DNA from: Shinella sp.
GTDB taxonomy: Bacteria > Pseudomonadota > Alphaproteobacteria > Rhizobiales > Rhizobiaceae
Reading direction: 5' to 3'
Assembly: GCA_033795365.1 (NCBI GenBank)
Contig: JARYGU010000005.1
Span: forward strand, 278,191-342,190
DNA length: 64,000 bases
In this document: one piece after another, positions 29,634-39,127 of the stretch
How positions within the stretch are numbered: position 1 is the stretch's first letter
Layout: every line of letters starts with the position of its first letter
Translations under genes and position numbers: made by a program
The notes under the pieces: generated by a model
The model's database searches: none
Told to the model about the DNA's origin: nothing
The model's input: the letters and a program-made list of their open reading frames with translations, nothing else

Positions 29634-31298
29634 ATGGACGGCATGCATTCCGGCAATTGTTCCAGCCTGCCTGCATCTCGACATTCCGGATCCCGAGAGG
29701 ATGATGATTTGAGGCGGTTGCGCATCATAGTTGCCGCGGTAGCGCTGGCACTGGTCGAGGCCATTATCCCCATCGCGGTGATGCTCTATTTTTCCTGGAC
29801 ACTTGCCGTGAAGAACGAGCAGAATCGTCTGGCCCTCTTCGCCGACAGAGCCATCACGCGTGCCAACATCTCCTTTTCGGAAGCAGCCAACACCCTTCGC
29901 ATCATAGCCGCATCGAAATTCCAGCCCTGCTCCGCCGACCATATCGCGCAGATGCGCATTCTGACCATCAACTCTCCGGTGGTGGAAGAGATCGGATATT
30001 TCGAGAACCGCATGCTCAAATGCACGTCCTGGGGAGAAACCGACGAGCGTGTCGCCCAGGCGCATGTCGACTATACGACGGCTGGCGGCGTCGACGTCAC
30101 CGTGAGGATACGGCCCGCCGTAAGCCAGGGAAACCACATGATGGGTCTGCAATACGGACCATACAATGTGCTGGTCAATCCCGTGCGTTTCGTCGACGTG
30201 GTCGTAGACAAAAGCATTCGGCTCGCGATCTTCGGCCAGAACGACGCGCTGATCGGCGAATTGAATGCACCGGATCCGACGCTTACAGCGTCGATTCTGG
30301 CCGAGCCGCGCAACGGCATCGATGACGAAAATCTCTTTGCGGTAGCGCAACAGGACGGCTGGACGGCCATTGCCGTCGAACCGCGCGCGGAGATCCTCGT
30401 CAACTTGAAGCGCGAGCAGATGCTGCTTCTGCCTGCCGGCGCCTTCATCGCCGCATTCATAATCGGCATAGTCATATGGTTTTCCCGCAAACGCCTCTCG
30501 CCGCTGGGAGAACTGACGATTGCCGTACAGAAAAGGGAATTCGTCGTTCACTACCAACCGATCGTCGAGCTGAAGACCGGCATCTGCGTCGGTGCGGAAG
30601 CGCTGGTGCGATGGCGCCGTCCCGACGGGTCGCTCGTGCGCCCCGATCTTTTTATCCCGCTGGCCGAGGAAAGCGGATTGATCATGGCGATCACGGACCA
30701 GGTTCTCGATGTCGTCATCGCGGAGTTGGGCAAGCTGCTGGTCGATGACCGATCGCTGCATATCGCGATCAATCTGTGCGCCGCGGATATAAAGTCCGGC
30801 AGGATACTGCCCGTCATCCAAAAGGCGCTTGCGAGTACCGGCATCCGCACGGAGCAGATATGGCTGGAAGCGACAGAGCGCGGCTTCATGGACATCTCCG
30901 CGGCCCGTGAAACGATCGAGCAAGCGCGCGCTTCGGGACATTCCGTGGCAATCGACGACTTCGGCACAGGCTATTCCAGCCTGCAATATCTCCAGGAACT
31001 GCCGTTGGACGCCCTCAAGATCGACAAGTCGTTCATCGACGTCATAGGAAAGGACACGGCGACCAGTTCCGTCACGTCGCACATCATAGACATGGCGAAA
31101 AGCCTCAAGCTGTTCACCGTAGCCGAAGGCATCGAGTCGCAGGACCAGGCGGATTACCTGAACGCCCGCGACGTCGATTTCGGCCAGGGCTGGCTCTTTT
31201 CCAAGGCGCTGCCTGCATCGGAGTTCGTGGCTTTCTACCGTCGCAGCAAGGAAAAATTCGGCGCAGGACCCGCCGTCATTCAACGGGCGATAGCCTGA
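29634..31298 (+). CDS. CSS-motif-domain EAL protein (putative c-di-GMP phosphodiesterase)
   Basis: TM - periplasmic CSS-motif domain (FQPCSADH...MLKCTSWGE) - TM - EAL domain (EALVRW..., EATERG, DDFGTGYSSL, KIDKSF, EGIE). The ATG at 29634 was chosen; it could start earlier. Confidence 0.85.
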   Translation: MDGMHSGNCSSLPASRHSGSREDDDLRRLRIIVAAVALALVEAIIPIAVMLYFSWTLAVKNEQNRLALFADRAITRANISFSEAANTLRIIAASKFQPCSADHIAQMRILTINSPVVEEIGYFENRMLKCTSWGETDERVAQAHVDYTTAGGVDVTVRIRPAVSQGNHMMGLQYGPYNVLVNPVRFVDVVVDKSIRLAIFGQNDALIGELNAPDPTLTASILAEPRNGIDDENLFAVAQQDGWTAIAVEPRAEILVNLKREQMLLLPAGAFIAAFIIGIVIWFSRKRLSPLGELTIAVQKREFVVHYQPIVELKTGICVGAEALVRWRRPDGSLVRPDLFIPLAEESGLIMAITDQVLDVVIAELGKLLVDDRSLHIAINLCAADIKSGRILPVIQKALASTGIRTEQIWLEATERGFMDISAARETIEQARASGHSVAIDDFGTGYSSLQYLQELPLDALKIDKSFIDVIGKDTATSSVTSHIIDMAKSLKLFTVAEGIESQDQADYLNARDVDFGQGWLFSKALPASEFVAFYRRSKEKFGAGPAVIQRAIA

Positions 31299-31367
31299 TT
31301 GCAGATCAAAGGCAGAACCATTGATGCCCAATCTTGACCGCCGTTCCGAGCGGCATAAATTCCTACC

Positions 31368-32171
31368 ATGACGGAAAGAGTACCAACCGCCGAAACGCCC
31401 GCCACGGCGATAGAAACGCTTCGCCGCAGGTTGCGCGGCCTCTATTTCGGCGGCGACAAGGCGGCAATCCGCTTTCAGATCTCGATGCTGGTGATCGATC
31501 TCACGATCATCATCTTCTTCCTCACCGGTCCTTATCTTCGAGGGGGACCGACCTATCTCGTCATCGACTATATCATCGCCGTCATCATCGCATTCGAGCT
31601 TTGCGCCCGCATCCTGATCGCGCCAAGCCTGCGCTACTGGCTGACGCGGCCGCTCACCTGGGTCGACATCTTCGTGCTCGCCACGCTGCTGTTTCCCTAT
31701 TATCTCTCCAACTTCGCCTTCCTCAGGGCATTGCGCATCTGGGCGATCAGCCAGAGCAAGCTTCTGACGCTGCTTCTCAGGCGCTCCGGCTATGGCGATC
31801 TCGAAGACATCATCCAGGCCTGCGTCAACTTCCTGGTCTTTCTCTTCTGCATAACGGGCTTCGTCTATTCGACCTTCTTCTATGCCGATTCCGGCATCGG
31901 CGGCTTCGTCGACGCGCTCTACTTCACGGTCGCGACCGTGACCACCACCGGCTTCGGCGACATCACGCTGCCCGGCACGCTCGGCAAGCTTACCTCGATC
32001 GTCACGATGATCATCGGCATCTCGCTCTTCGTGCGCCTCGCACAGGCCATCATCCGGCCCCATAAAGTCACCTTTCCCTGTCCGCAATGCGGGCTGAAGC
32101 GTCATGAGGCCGATGCGGTTCACTGCAAGGCCTGCGGGTATGTTCTCAATATTCCCGACGAGGGAAGCTGA
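31368..32171 (+). CDS. Voltage-sensor-like K+ channel family protein with C-terminal zinc ribbon
   Basis: S4-like FLRALRIWAISQSKLLTLLLRR, pore/selectivity filter TVATVTTTGFGD, and a C-terminal CPQCGLKRHEADAVHCKACG (CxxC-N12-CxxC). Confidence 0.8.
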   Translation: MTERVPTAETPATAIETLRRRLRGLYFGGDKAAIRFQISMLVIDLTIIIFFLTGPYLRGGPTYLVIDYIIAVIIAFELCARILIAPSLRYWLTRPLTWVDIFVLATLLFPYYLSNFAFLRALRIWAISQSKLLTLLLRRSGYGDLEDIIQACVNFLVFLFCITGFVYSTFFYADSGIGGFVDALYFTVATVTTTGFGDITLPGTLGKLTSIVTMIIGISLFVRLAQAIIRPHKVTFPCPQCGLKRHEADAVHCKACGYVLNIPDEGS

Positions 32172-32278
32172 CGCAACGGGCAGGACCGCCCTGCAAGATC
32201 CATGCGGATTGCTTCCCCTCCTTCACTCAAGTAGGTTCGGCCACAAAACGCGGCCGCCAGCCGCGAGAGGATTTCGTC

Positions 32279-33490
32279 ATGGCTCTTGCAGGAAAACGCA
32301 TCCTACTCATCATTTCCGGTGGCATCGCCGCCTACAAGAGCCTCGATCTCATCCGCCGCCTGCGCGAACGCGGTGCAGCGGTGCGGCCTATCATGACGGC
32401 AGGCGCACGCGAGTTCGTCACGCCGCTTGCAATCGGCGCGCTCGCCGCCGATCACGTCTTCACCGATCTCTTCTCTCGCGAGGACGAGCAGGACGTCGGC
32501 CATATCCGGCTTGCCCGCGACTGCGATCTCGTCCTCGTCGCGCCGGCTACCGCCGATCTCATGGCAAAGATGGCCAACGGGCTTGCGGACGATCTCGCCT
32601 CCACCGTCCTGCTCGCAACGGACCGGCCTTTGCTCACCGCACCTGCGATGAACCCGAAAATGTGGGCTCATCCGGCGACTACCCGCAACGTCGAGAGGCT
32701 GCGTCAGGACGGAGTGTTCTTCGTCGGCCCTAATGCAGGCGAGATGGCCGAGGGCGGCGAAGCGGGTTTCGGGCGGATGGCGGAGCCGCTGGAGATCGTC
32801 GCAGCCGTCGAGCGCCTGCTGGACGATCGCCCCAAGCCGCTCGCCGGCAAGAAAGCGATCGTCACGTCAGGCCCTACGCATGAACCGATAGATCCGGTGC
32901 GCTACATCGCCAATCGCTCCTCCGGACGGCAAGGACATGCGATCGCAGCGGCGCTTGCGAAACTCGGCGCCGAAGTCACGCTCATATCCGGCCCGGTGAC
33001 CATTCCGGATCCCGCAGGTGTGAAGACCATGCATGTCGGACGTGCGGAGGAGATGCTGGAGGCTGTTCTCTCCGTCCTGCCGGCCGATATAGCCGTAATG
33101 GTGGCTGCGGTCGCGGACTGGCGGGCGGCGAGCTCTCATGTCGAGAAGATCAAGAAGCAGGCCGACGGCCCGCCGCCTGCTCTGGCTCTTGCGGAGAACC
33201 CCGACATATTGAAAACGATAGGATACCATGCGCTGCGCCCGAAGATCGTGATCGGCTTTGCGGCCGAGACGCAGGACGTGGAGGCCAATGCGCTTGCCAA
33301 GCTCGAACGCAAAGGAGCGGACATCATCGTCGCCAACGACGTTTCGCCGGAAACGGGTATCATGGGCGGCATGCGCAACAGCGTGAAGCTGATATCGCAC
33401 GATGGAATCGAGCAATGGCCAGAGCTCGCCAAGGATGAAGTCGCCGAGCGTCTGGCCGCCCTGATCGCCGGACGGCTTAGCGGAACTTAG
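32279..33490 (+). CDS. coaBC: Bifunctional phosphopantothenoylcysteine decarboxylase/phosphopantothenate-cysteine ligase
   Basis: ILLIISGGIAAYKSLDLIRRL...PAMNPKMW...VTSGPTHEPIDPVRYIANRSSGRQG...AAVADWR. Confidence 0.95.
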   Translation: MALAGKRILLIISGGIAAYKSLDLIRRLRERGAAVRPIMTAGAREFVTPLAIGALAADHVFTDLFSREDEQDVGHIRLARDCDLVLVAPATADLMAKMANGLADDLASTVLLATDRPLLTAPAMNPKMWAHPATTRNVERLRQDGVFFVGPNAGEMAEGGEAGFGRMAEPLEIVAAVERLLDDRPKPLAGKKAIVTSGPTHEPIDPVRYIANRSSGRQGHAIAAALAKLGAEVTLISGPVTIPDPAGVKTMHVGRAEEMLEAVLSVLPADIAVMVAAVADWRAASSHVEKIKKQADGPPPALALAENPDILKTIGYHALRPKIVIGFAAETQDVEANALAKLERKGADIIVANDVSPETGIMGGMRNSVKLISHDGIEQWPELAKDEVAERLAALIAGRLSGT

Positions 33491-34301
33491 CGGCGACCTG
33501 CTGACCGATCGCCGCAGCCGGCCGGCCGTGCGGGGAGAAGAGGCGGACGTCGACACCGTTTTCGCCGAGAATGACCGCGCTTCCGTCAGGGATTTCCACC
33601 CAGGCGTCCGTATCGTCGTTCAAGGGCTCCGATACAAGGCAATAGCCCCCGTCGCCGCCCATCGGCGCGGCATAGAGCGTCGGCGCCTTGAAATCGGTGG
33701 CGTAGCGTACCGCGTAGAGTTCTCGGCCATTGGAGAAGGCGGCCGTGAAGCGCACGAGCACGCGGCGTTCCAGATGATCGGCAAGACGCTCCACGAAAGC
33801 GAGAGCCTCGGACATCGCACCCAGCGGATCGCGCTCGAGGCCGAACTGGAGCGCAAGCAGGAAGAGAAGCTCGGAATCCGTCGAGCCCGTCCGTGCCGCG
33901 TAGAGATCGTTGTCGAGCATCGTTTCCAGGGGTCTGCGAAGATGCTCGAAATCGGCAATCTGACCATTATGCATGAAGGACCAGATGCCATGGGTGAAGG
34001 GGTGACAATTGTCGCGCCGCGTACCGCCGCCGGTAGCCGCCCGCACATGGGCGAGAAACAGCGGGGAGCGGATCTGCCGGGCGATGCTCTTCAGATTGCA
34101 ATCCGACCAGGCGGGAAGGATATCGCGGTAGCGCCCCGGTTCCGGACGCTCTCCATACCAGGCTATACCGAAGCCATCGCCATTCGTCGCCGTCTTTGCG
34201 CGGGTGGCGCAATGCGACTGCTCGATCAAGGAATGCGCAGGCGAAGAGACAAGCTCCTCGAGATAGAGAGGCTCCCCGCGATAGGCTGCCCAGCGGCACA
34301 T
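33477..34301 (-). CDS. Class II (Ntn) glutamine amidotransferase, YafJ-like
   Basis: It begins MCRWAAYRG (Cys2 nucleophile), then GDGFGIAWY...HVRAATGG...NCHPF...FMHNGQI. The 3' end overlaps the coaBC 3' end by 14 nt (convergent). Confidence 0.85.
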   Translation of the reverse strand: MCRWAAYRGEPLYLEELVSSPAHSLIEQSHCATRAKTATNGDGFGIAWYGERPEPGRYRDILPAWSDCNLKSIARQIRSPLFLAHVRAATGGGTRRDNCHPFTHGIWSFMHNGQIADFEHLRRPLETMLDNDLYAARTGSTDSELLFLLALQFGLERDPLGAMSEALAFVERLADHLERRVLVRFTAAFSNGRELYAVRYATDFKAPTLYAAPMGGDGGYCLVSEPLNDDTDAWVEIPDGSAVILGENGVDVRLFSPHGRPAAAIGQQVAAKFR

Positions 34302-34452
34302 CAGGCCATACTCGCTTTCCGTGCCGGCGGACGCCTGTACATGAGCCCGGCATGATAGTGTTCATTAACCATGAGCTTGTCCGAGCTTCGGCGAAAAGGG
34401 GTAAAAATGCGTTAACGGATCGAGACGAAAACTTGGTCGGGAGCGAAATGAG

Positions 34453-34860
34453 ATGCATATCGACGGGCAATGTCACTGCGGTCACGTGACCTATGAAGCG
34501 GAGATCGATCCCGATGCGGTCTCGATCTGCCATTGCCTGGATTGTCAAAGACTGACGGGCTCGCCCTATCGCGTCACCGCAATTACAGGTCGGGAGAAGC
34601 TGAGGCTGACCGGGGCGATGCCGAAGATCTACGCGAAAACGGCGGACAGCGGTCGCAAGCGCCTGCAATATTTCTGCCCTGAATGCGGCACCCCATTATT
34701 CACGACCGGGACCGGTGAGGATGCCCAAAGCTGGGGCATTCGCTGGGGCAGCATCCGCCAGCGTGGAATGCTTTCACCCAAGCGGCAGACATGGTGCCGT
34801 TCGGCGGTCAACTGGTTCGGCGAGTTGCAGACCTTGCCGGGAAAGCCGAAAGACGGATAG
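34453..34860 (+). CDS. GFA (CENP-V/glutathione-dependent formaldehyde-activating) family protein
   Basis: MHIDGQCHCGHVTYEA...ICHCLDCQRLTGSPY...FCPECGTPLF (Zn-binding Cys pattern of the GFA family). Confidence 0.85.
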   Translation: MHIDGQCHCGHVTYEAEIDPDAVSICHCLDCQRLTGSPYRVTAITGREKLRLTGAMPKIYAKTADSGRKRLQYFCPECGTPLFTTGTGEDAQSWGIRWGSIRQRGMLSPKRQTWCRSAVNWFGELQTLPGKPKDG

Positions 34861-34888
34861 GCGGCCAGTAGCGGCTGCATCCGGAGTC

Positions 34889-35704
34889 CTAGATCGTCGT
34901 CCGTCTAGCCCATAGCTGGTGAAAGTGCTGCACCGGACCGTGTCCCGTGCCGACCGCCAGATCGCCTGCTGCCGCGACCGCACCGGCCAGGTAGTGTTTT
35001 GCCGCGGCTACGGCATCCTCCGGTGTCGCCCCTTTCGCCAGTTCGGCGGCAAGCGCACTCGAAAGGGTGCAGCCCGTTCCATGGGTGTTCGGCGTATCGA
35101 TCCGTCGCCCCTCGAACCAGGCGGGACCATCCGGGCCGAAAAGCACGTCGGGGCTTTCCGGCCCGTCGAGATGACCGCCCTTCACCAGCACCGCCTGGGG
35201 GCCTAGGGCGCGCAACCGCGAGGCCTGCATTGCCATCGATGTACGGTCGTCGGCGATCGTCTCGCCCAGAAGCGCGGCGGCCTCGGGAAGATTGGGGGTG
35301 AGTAGCGTCGCCAGCGGAAAAAGCCGCCCGATCAGCATTTCGATCGCCTCCGGAGCCAGGAGCCGTGCTCCGCCCTTGGCGACCATCACCGGATCGAGCA
35401 CGAGGGGAAGCCCCTTGTACGGCGCCAACGCATCCGCGACGGCTTCGGCGATACCCGCATCGGCAATCATGCCGATCTTCACGGCGTCGACGCGGACATC
35501 GGCAAATATCGTCTCTATCTGCGCCGCCACGAATTCCGCCGGAACCGGATGTATGCCCGTCACGCCTTGCGTATTCTGCGCCGTCAGCGCTGTCAGCGCG
35601 GCCATGCCGTAGACGCCGCGTGCCGAGAATGCCTTGAGATCGGCCTGGATACCGGCCCCTCCCGAAGGGTCCGAGCCGGCGATGGAAAGCACATTCCGGA
35701 TCAT
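34889..35704 (-). CDS. thiD: Hydroxymethylpyrimidine/phosphomethylpyrimidine kinase
   Basis: MIRNVLSIAGSDPSGGAGIQADLK...KIGM...VLDPVMVAKGG...VLVKGGH...HGTGCTLSSA. The ATG at 35704 has GGAGG 11 nt upstream; the track start at 35743 is a TTG. Confidence 0.92.
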   Translation of the reverse strand: MIRNVLSIAGSDPSGGAGIQADLKAFSARGVYGMAALTALTAQNTQGVTGIHPVPAEFVAAQIETIFADVRVDAVKIGMIADAGIAEAVADALAPYKGLPLVLDPVMVAKGGARLLAPEAIEMLIGRLFPLATLLTPNLPEAAALLGETIADDRTSMAMQASRLRALGPQAVLVKGGHLDGPESPDVLFGPDGPAWFEGRRIDTPNTHGTGCTLSSALAAELAKGATPEDAVAAAKHYLAGAVAAAGDLAVGTGHGPVQHFHQLWARRTTI

Positions 35705-35864
35705 GCCCAATGCCCCTCCCCGCGCGGGCGCACGATCCGGCAAACGTGCCTCGATCGGCCCGAAAGCGAAAAGCCGGTTATCTCCGGTGCGATCGAGGAT
35801 ATCTGTTTCAAATTGCCCCTTTCTGGCGGGGCAGATGTCGGACCGTCCCAGATGGTGACGGTTT

Positions 35865-35950
35865 CCGAACGACTCCCTCCGCCGGCATTATCCGGTTCAG
35901 GTTCTAAGGGTGCTTCTCAGCCCGTCTCCGACGAGCGCCCCTGTCTTTCC
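35865..35950 (-). promoter_or_regulatory. TPP (THI-box) riboswitch upstream of thiD
   Basis: The minus strand reads GGGGCGCTCGTCGGAGACGGGCTGAGAAGCACCCTTAGAACCTGAACCGGATAATGCCGGCGGAGGGA. This contains the conserved CUGAGA and ACCUGA.C.GGAUAAUGCC.GCG.AGGGA cores of the TPP aptamer. Confidence 0.85.
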
Positions 35951-36077
35951 GGGAGACTTTTCGCAGAGAAATCTGCGCATGTCATGTAAAATCTCGAGCT
36001 TCCGGCTGCGGCTCCTGCGGCGTGAGGCTTATGCCGGCCGACCGGCGAGTTCCTTCCGGGGCGGTGGGCAGCTCCGG

Positions 36078-37661
36078 TCAGGCCGCTTTGGCGACGTGAT
36101 ATTCCTTGATAGCAGCCATATTGATAGCCGGATAACGTTCGGCCTCGTAGCGAAGCGAAAAGCTGTCTTGGGCCAGGAAAACCGGATCGCCGTCGAGATC
36201 GCGCGCTATATCGCCGCGGCGAGCCGAAACGAATTTATCGAGTTCACCGGGCTGATCCGAGGAGATCCAGCGGCAGACCGAAAACCGTGACATTTCGAAC
36301 GACACCGGCAGGCCGTATTCGGCGCTGAGCCGTTCCTTCAGAACGTCCAGCTGCAGCGCGCCGACGACGCCGACGATCGCCGGAGAACCGTCTTCGGGGG
36401 AAAAGAGCTGGACGACACCCTCCTCCGCCATCTGCTGCAACGCCTCTTTCAGTTTCTTCGCCTTCATCGCATCCTCGAGCCGCACGCGGCGCAGGATTTC
36501 CGGCGAGAAGTTCGGCACTCCCTGGAAGACCAGAGGTTCGCCTTCAGTCAGCGTGTCGCCAATTCTCAGCGTTCCATGGTTCGGAATGCCGACCACGTCT
36601 CCGGCAAAGGCAGTATCGGCAAGCTGGCGCTGCGAGGCGAAGAAGAATTGCGGCGCGGTCAGACCGAGCTGCTTGCCGGTGCGCGAAAGCCGCGCCTTCA
36701 TGCCGCGCTCCAATTTTCCGGAGCAGATACGGGCGAAGGCGATGCGGTCGCGGTGGTTCGGGTCCATGTTCGCCTGGATCTTGAAGACGAAGGCCGTCAT
36801 CTTGTCCTCGGCGGCATGGACCGTGCGTATGTCGGCCACCTGATCGCGCGGCGGCGGAGCAAAGGCGCCGAGCGCGTTGATCAGATCGCGCACGCCGTAG
36901 TTGCGAAGAGCGGAACCGAAGAAGACGGGCGTCATATGCCCTTCGAGAAAGGCCTCGCGGTCGAAGGGACGGCACGCTTCCTGCGCCAGCTCCAGCTCGT
37001 CGATGAAGGTCTGCCGCTCGTTTTCCGGCAGACGATCGGCGACGGACTGCGGGCCGTTCACCTTCAACGGCTCGACCTGCGTGTCCGAGCCGCGCACCGA
37101 ATTGTCCGCGAGGTGATAGGAACCGCAGAAACTTCGCGAACGGCCGATCGGCCATGTGACAGGGGCGGTATCGAGGGCAAGTTTCTCCTCCACCTCGTCG
37201 AGGATCTCGAACGGATCGCGGCTTTCCCGATCCATCTTGTTGACGAAGGTGATGATCGGGATGTCGCGCATACGGCAGACTTCGAAAAGCTTCAGCGTGC
37301 GCGGCTCGATGCCTTTCGCCGCATCGATCACCATCACCGCAGCATCGACCGCGGTCAGCGTGCGATAGGTATCGTCAGCGAAGTCCTCATGGCCGGGCGT
37401 ATCGAGAATATTGAAGACGTTGCCTTCATATTCGAAGGTCATGACCGAGGTGACTACGGATATGCCGCGCTCGCGTTCGATCTTCATCCAGTCCGAACGG
37501 GTCTGGATCCGGTCTTTTTTTGCCTTCACCTCTCCTGCGAGCTGGATCGCGCCGCCGAAGAGCAGCAGCTTTTCGGTGAGCGTCGTCTTGCCCGCATCGG
37601 GGTGGGCGATGATCGCAAATGTACGGCGGCGGGAGACCGCTTCGGCGAGACTTTCGGCCAT
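36078..37661 (-). CDS. prfC: Peptide chain release factor 3
   Basis: MAESLAEAVSRRRTFAIIAHPDAGKTTLTEKLLLFGGAIQ...DTPGHEDF...NKMD. The ATG at 37661 is used. Confidence 0.96.
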   Translation of the reverse strand: MAESLAEAVSRRRTFAIIAHPDAGKTTLTEKLLLFGGAIQLAGEVKAKKDRIQTRSDWMKIERERGISVVTSVMTFEYEGNVFNILDTPGHEDFADDTYRTLTAVDAAVMVIDAAKGIEPRTLKLFEVCRMRDIPIITFVNKMDRESRDPFEILDEVEEKLALDTAPVTWPIGRSRSFCGSYHLADNSVRGSDTQVEPLKVNGPQSVADRLPENERQTFIDELELAQEACRPFDREAFLEGHMTPVFFGSALRNYGVRDLINALGAFAPPPRDQVADIRTVHAAEDKMTAFVFKIQANMDPNHRDRIAFARICSGKLERGMKARLSRTGKQLGLTAPQFFFASQRQLADTAFAGDVVGIPNHGTLRIGDTLTEGEPLVFQGVPNFSPEILRRVRLEDAMKAKKLKEALQQMAEEGVVQLFSPEDGSPAIVGVVGALQLDVLKERLSAEYGLPVSFEMSRFSVCRWISSDQPGELDKFVSARRGDIARDLDGDPVFLAQDSFSLRYEAERYPAINMAAIKEYHVAKAA

Positions 37662-37755
37662 GCTTTCCAAATTCCTGTGAGTTGGCCGCGTCTTTACAGG
37701 CTCCGGAACAAAGTTGCAATTGACGCGGGGGGCCGCCGGTCGGCTAATGCCGTTC

Positions 37756-38232
37756 ATGAACATGCATCCGACCCGCCCGAGCCCGACGCTCGATCTCGTT
37801 CGCCTGCCGCATGCGCAGGGTATCGACTTGCCCGCCTATGAGACGTCCGGTGCGGCAGGCATGGATCTGCGCGCCGCGATTGCGGAGGAGGATGCTCTGG
37901 TAATCGCGCCCGGCAAGCGTGCGTTGGTTGCGACCGGGTTCATCTTCGAGATCCCGGCAGGCTATGAGGGGCAGATCCGTCCGCGCTCCGGCCTTGCCTT
38001 CAAACACGGCATCACCTGTCTCAACACGCCGGGAACGATCGATAGCGACTATCGCGGCGAGGTGAAGGTTCTCCTCGTCAATCTCGGTGACGAGGAGTTC
38101 GTCGTGACTCGCGGCATGCGGATCGCCCAGATGGTGATTGTACCGGCGATCCAGGCGACAATTCACGAAGCGGATGCCGCCACCGACACCGGTCGCGGTT
38201 CCGGCGGCTTCGGCTCGACGGGTCTGGCATGA
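37756..38232 (+). CDS. dut: dUTP diphosphatase
   Basis: ...[15 protein letters not shown]...[13 protein letters not shown]...[11 protein letters not shown]...GSGGFGSTG. The start is ambiguous (ATG at 37747, 37756 or 37762). Confidence 0.9.
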   Translation: MNMHPTRPSPTLDLVRLPHAQGIDLPAYETSGAAGMDLRAAIAEEDALVIAPGKRALVATGFIFEIPAGYEGQIRPRSGLAFKHGITCLNTPGTIDSDYRGEVKVLLVNLGDEEFVVTRGMRIAQMVIVPAIQATIHEADAATDTGRGSGGFGSTGLA

Positions 38233-39122
38233 ATATCCGCGATGGGCTTGCCTATCGCGAAGATTATTTCAACGATCCCGCGGACTGGCGAGCAATCAAG
38301 GACCTGCTGCGGGATATCTTCAACGTCGACATCGACCCTCTCGACCGGCTTGGCGGGCCGGATTGGACGAATATGCCGTCGGCCTATTTCGACAGACGAG
38401 GACGATGCATCGCCAATCTCAGCGCATTTTCCATGCCGCTGACGATAAACGGCCGCGAGATCGCGGCGGCAGGGCTGCAATCCGGCGCGGTGCGGCCGGA
38501 ATATCGCGGGCACGGATTGTTCCGCGATCTCACGCTGCGCACACTCGCGCGTTGCGACGAAAAGGGCTTCGAGACGGTCGTGCTCTACACCGACAAACCG
38601 GGCCTCTACGAACGTCACGGCTTCGTCGCGGTGCCGCAATACGGCTTCGCAGGGACGCCGCCACGGCCGCAACCGGCACACAAGCCGGCTGCACGGAAGC
38701 TCAGCCTCGACATCCCCGCGGACCTTGTACTTCTCAAGCGCCTCCTTGCGCAGAGAGCGCCGGTTTCGAACCGCTTCGCCGTTCTTCGGCAAATGGAGAT
38801 GTTTCTGCTGAATGCCGTTCTCATCGAGGGCGTCGAGCTTGCTCTCCTCGACGACTTTCCCGCCATCGTCGCCTGGCGGGAAGGAGAAGGCGGCAGGTTC
38901 GAACTGCTCGACGTCGCCGGCCCATCGGTGCCGTCGCTGGCGGAGATCCTGACCGCGCTCGAAGCGGACTCCCCGCACGTAACCGTAAGCTTTCCGCCCG
39001 ACCGCCTGGATTGGGCAGGTGAGGCGATCGCGGACGACGGCAATCTCACCTTCATGATGCGCTGCCGGCGCGATCTCATCCCGACCGAACCCTTCTGCCT
39101 TTCTCCCATGGCGGAATTTTGA
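38229..39122 (+). CDS. GNAT-family N-acetyltransferase (two-domain, Eis-like size)
   Basis: 297 aa; the acetyl-CoA motif region is [50 protein letters not shown]. Its ATG overlaps the dut stop (ATGA). Confidence 0.75.
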   Translation: MNIRDGLAYREDYFNDPADWRAIKDLLRDIFNVDIDPLDRLGGPDWTNMPSAYFDRRGRCIANLSAFSMPLTINGREIAAAGLQSGAVRPEYRGHGLFRDLTLRTLARCDEKGFETVVLYTDKPGLYERHGFVAVPQYGFAGTPPRPQPAHKPAARKLSLDIPADLVLLKRLLAQRAPVSNRFAVLRQMEMFLLNAVLIEGVELALLDDFPAIVAWREGEGGRFELLDVAGPSVPSLAEILTALEADSPHVTVSFPPDRLDWAGEAIADDGNLTFMMRCRRDLIPTEPFCLSPMAEF

Positions 39123-39127
39123 GACGG

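Noticed and set aside
29746-29751. TGGCAC hexamers at 29746 and about 7803 as possible sigma-54 promoters, given that rpoN is in the window.
   Set aside because: Both are inside coding regions and lack the TTGC element 5 nt downstream.
29595-32123. An 842-aa ORF on the minus strand, the longest ORF in the track.
   Set aside because: It is exactly antisense to the well-supported EAL phosphodiesterase and K+ channel genes. Its translation is R/D/G/A/H-rich with no recognisable motifs or hydrophobic core. This is a typical GC-rich shadow ORF.
35705-35743. A longer thiD reading frame starting at 35743, as listed in the ORF track.
   Set aside because: That start is a TTG without a Shine-Dalgarno sequence. 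The ATG at 35704 has GGAGG 11 nt upstream and gives the canonical MIRNVLSIAGSDPSGGAG N-terminus.
36106-36128. The direct repeat TTGATAGC-N7-TTGATAGC.
   Set aside because: It lies within the 3' coding end of prfC (...AINMAAIKEY...). It is most simply a coding coincidence, with no regulatory context.
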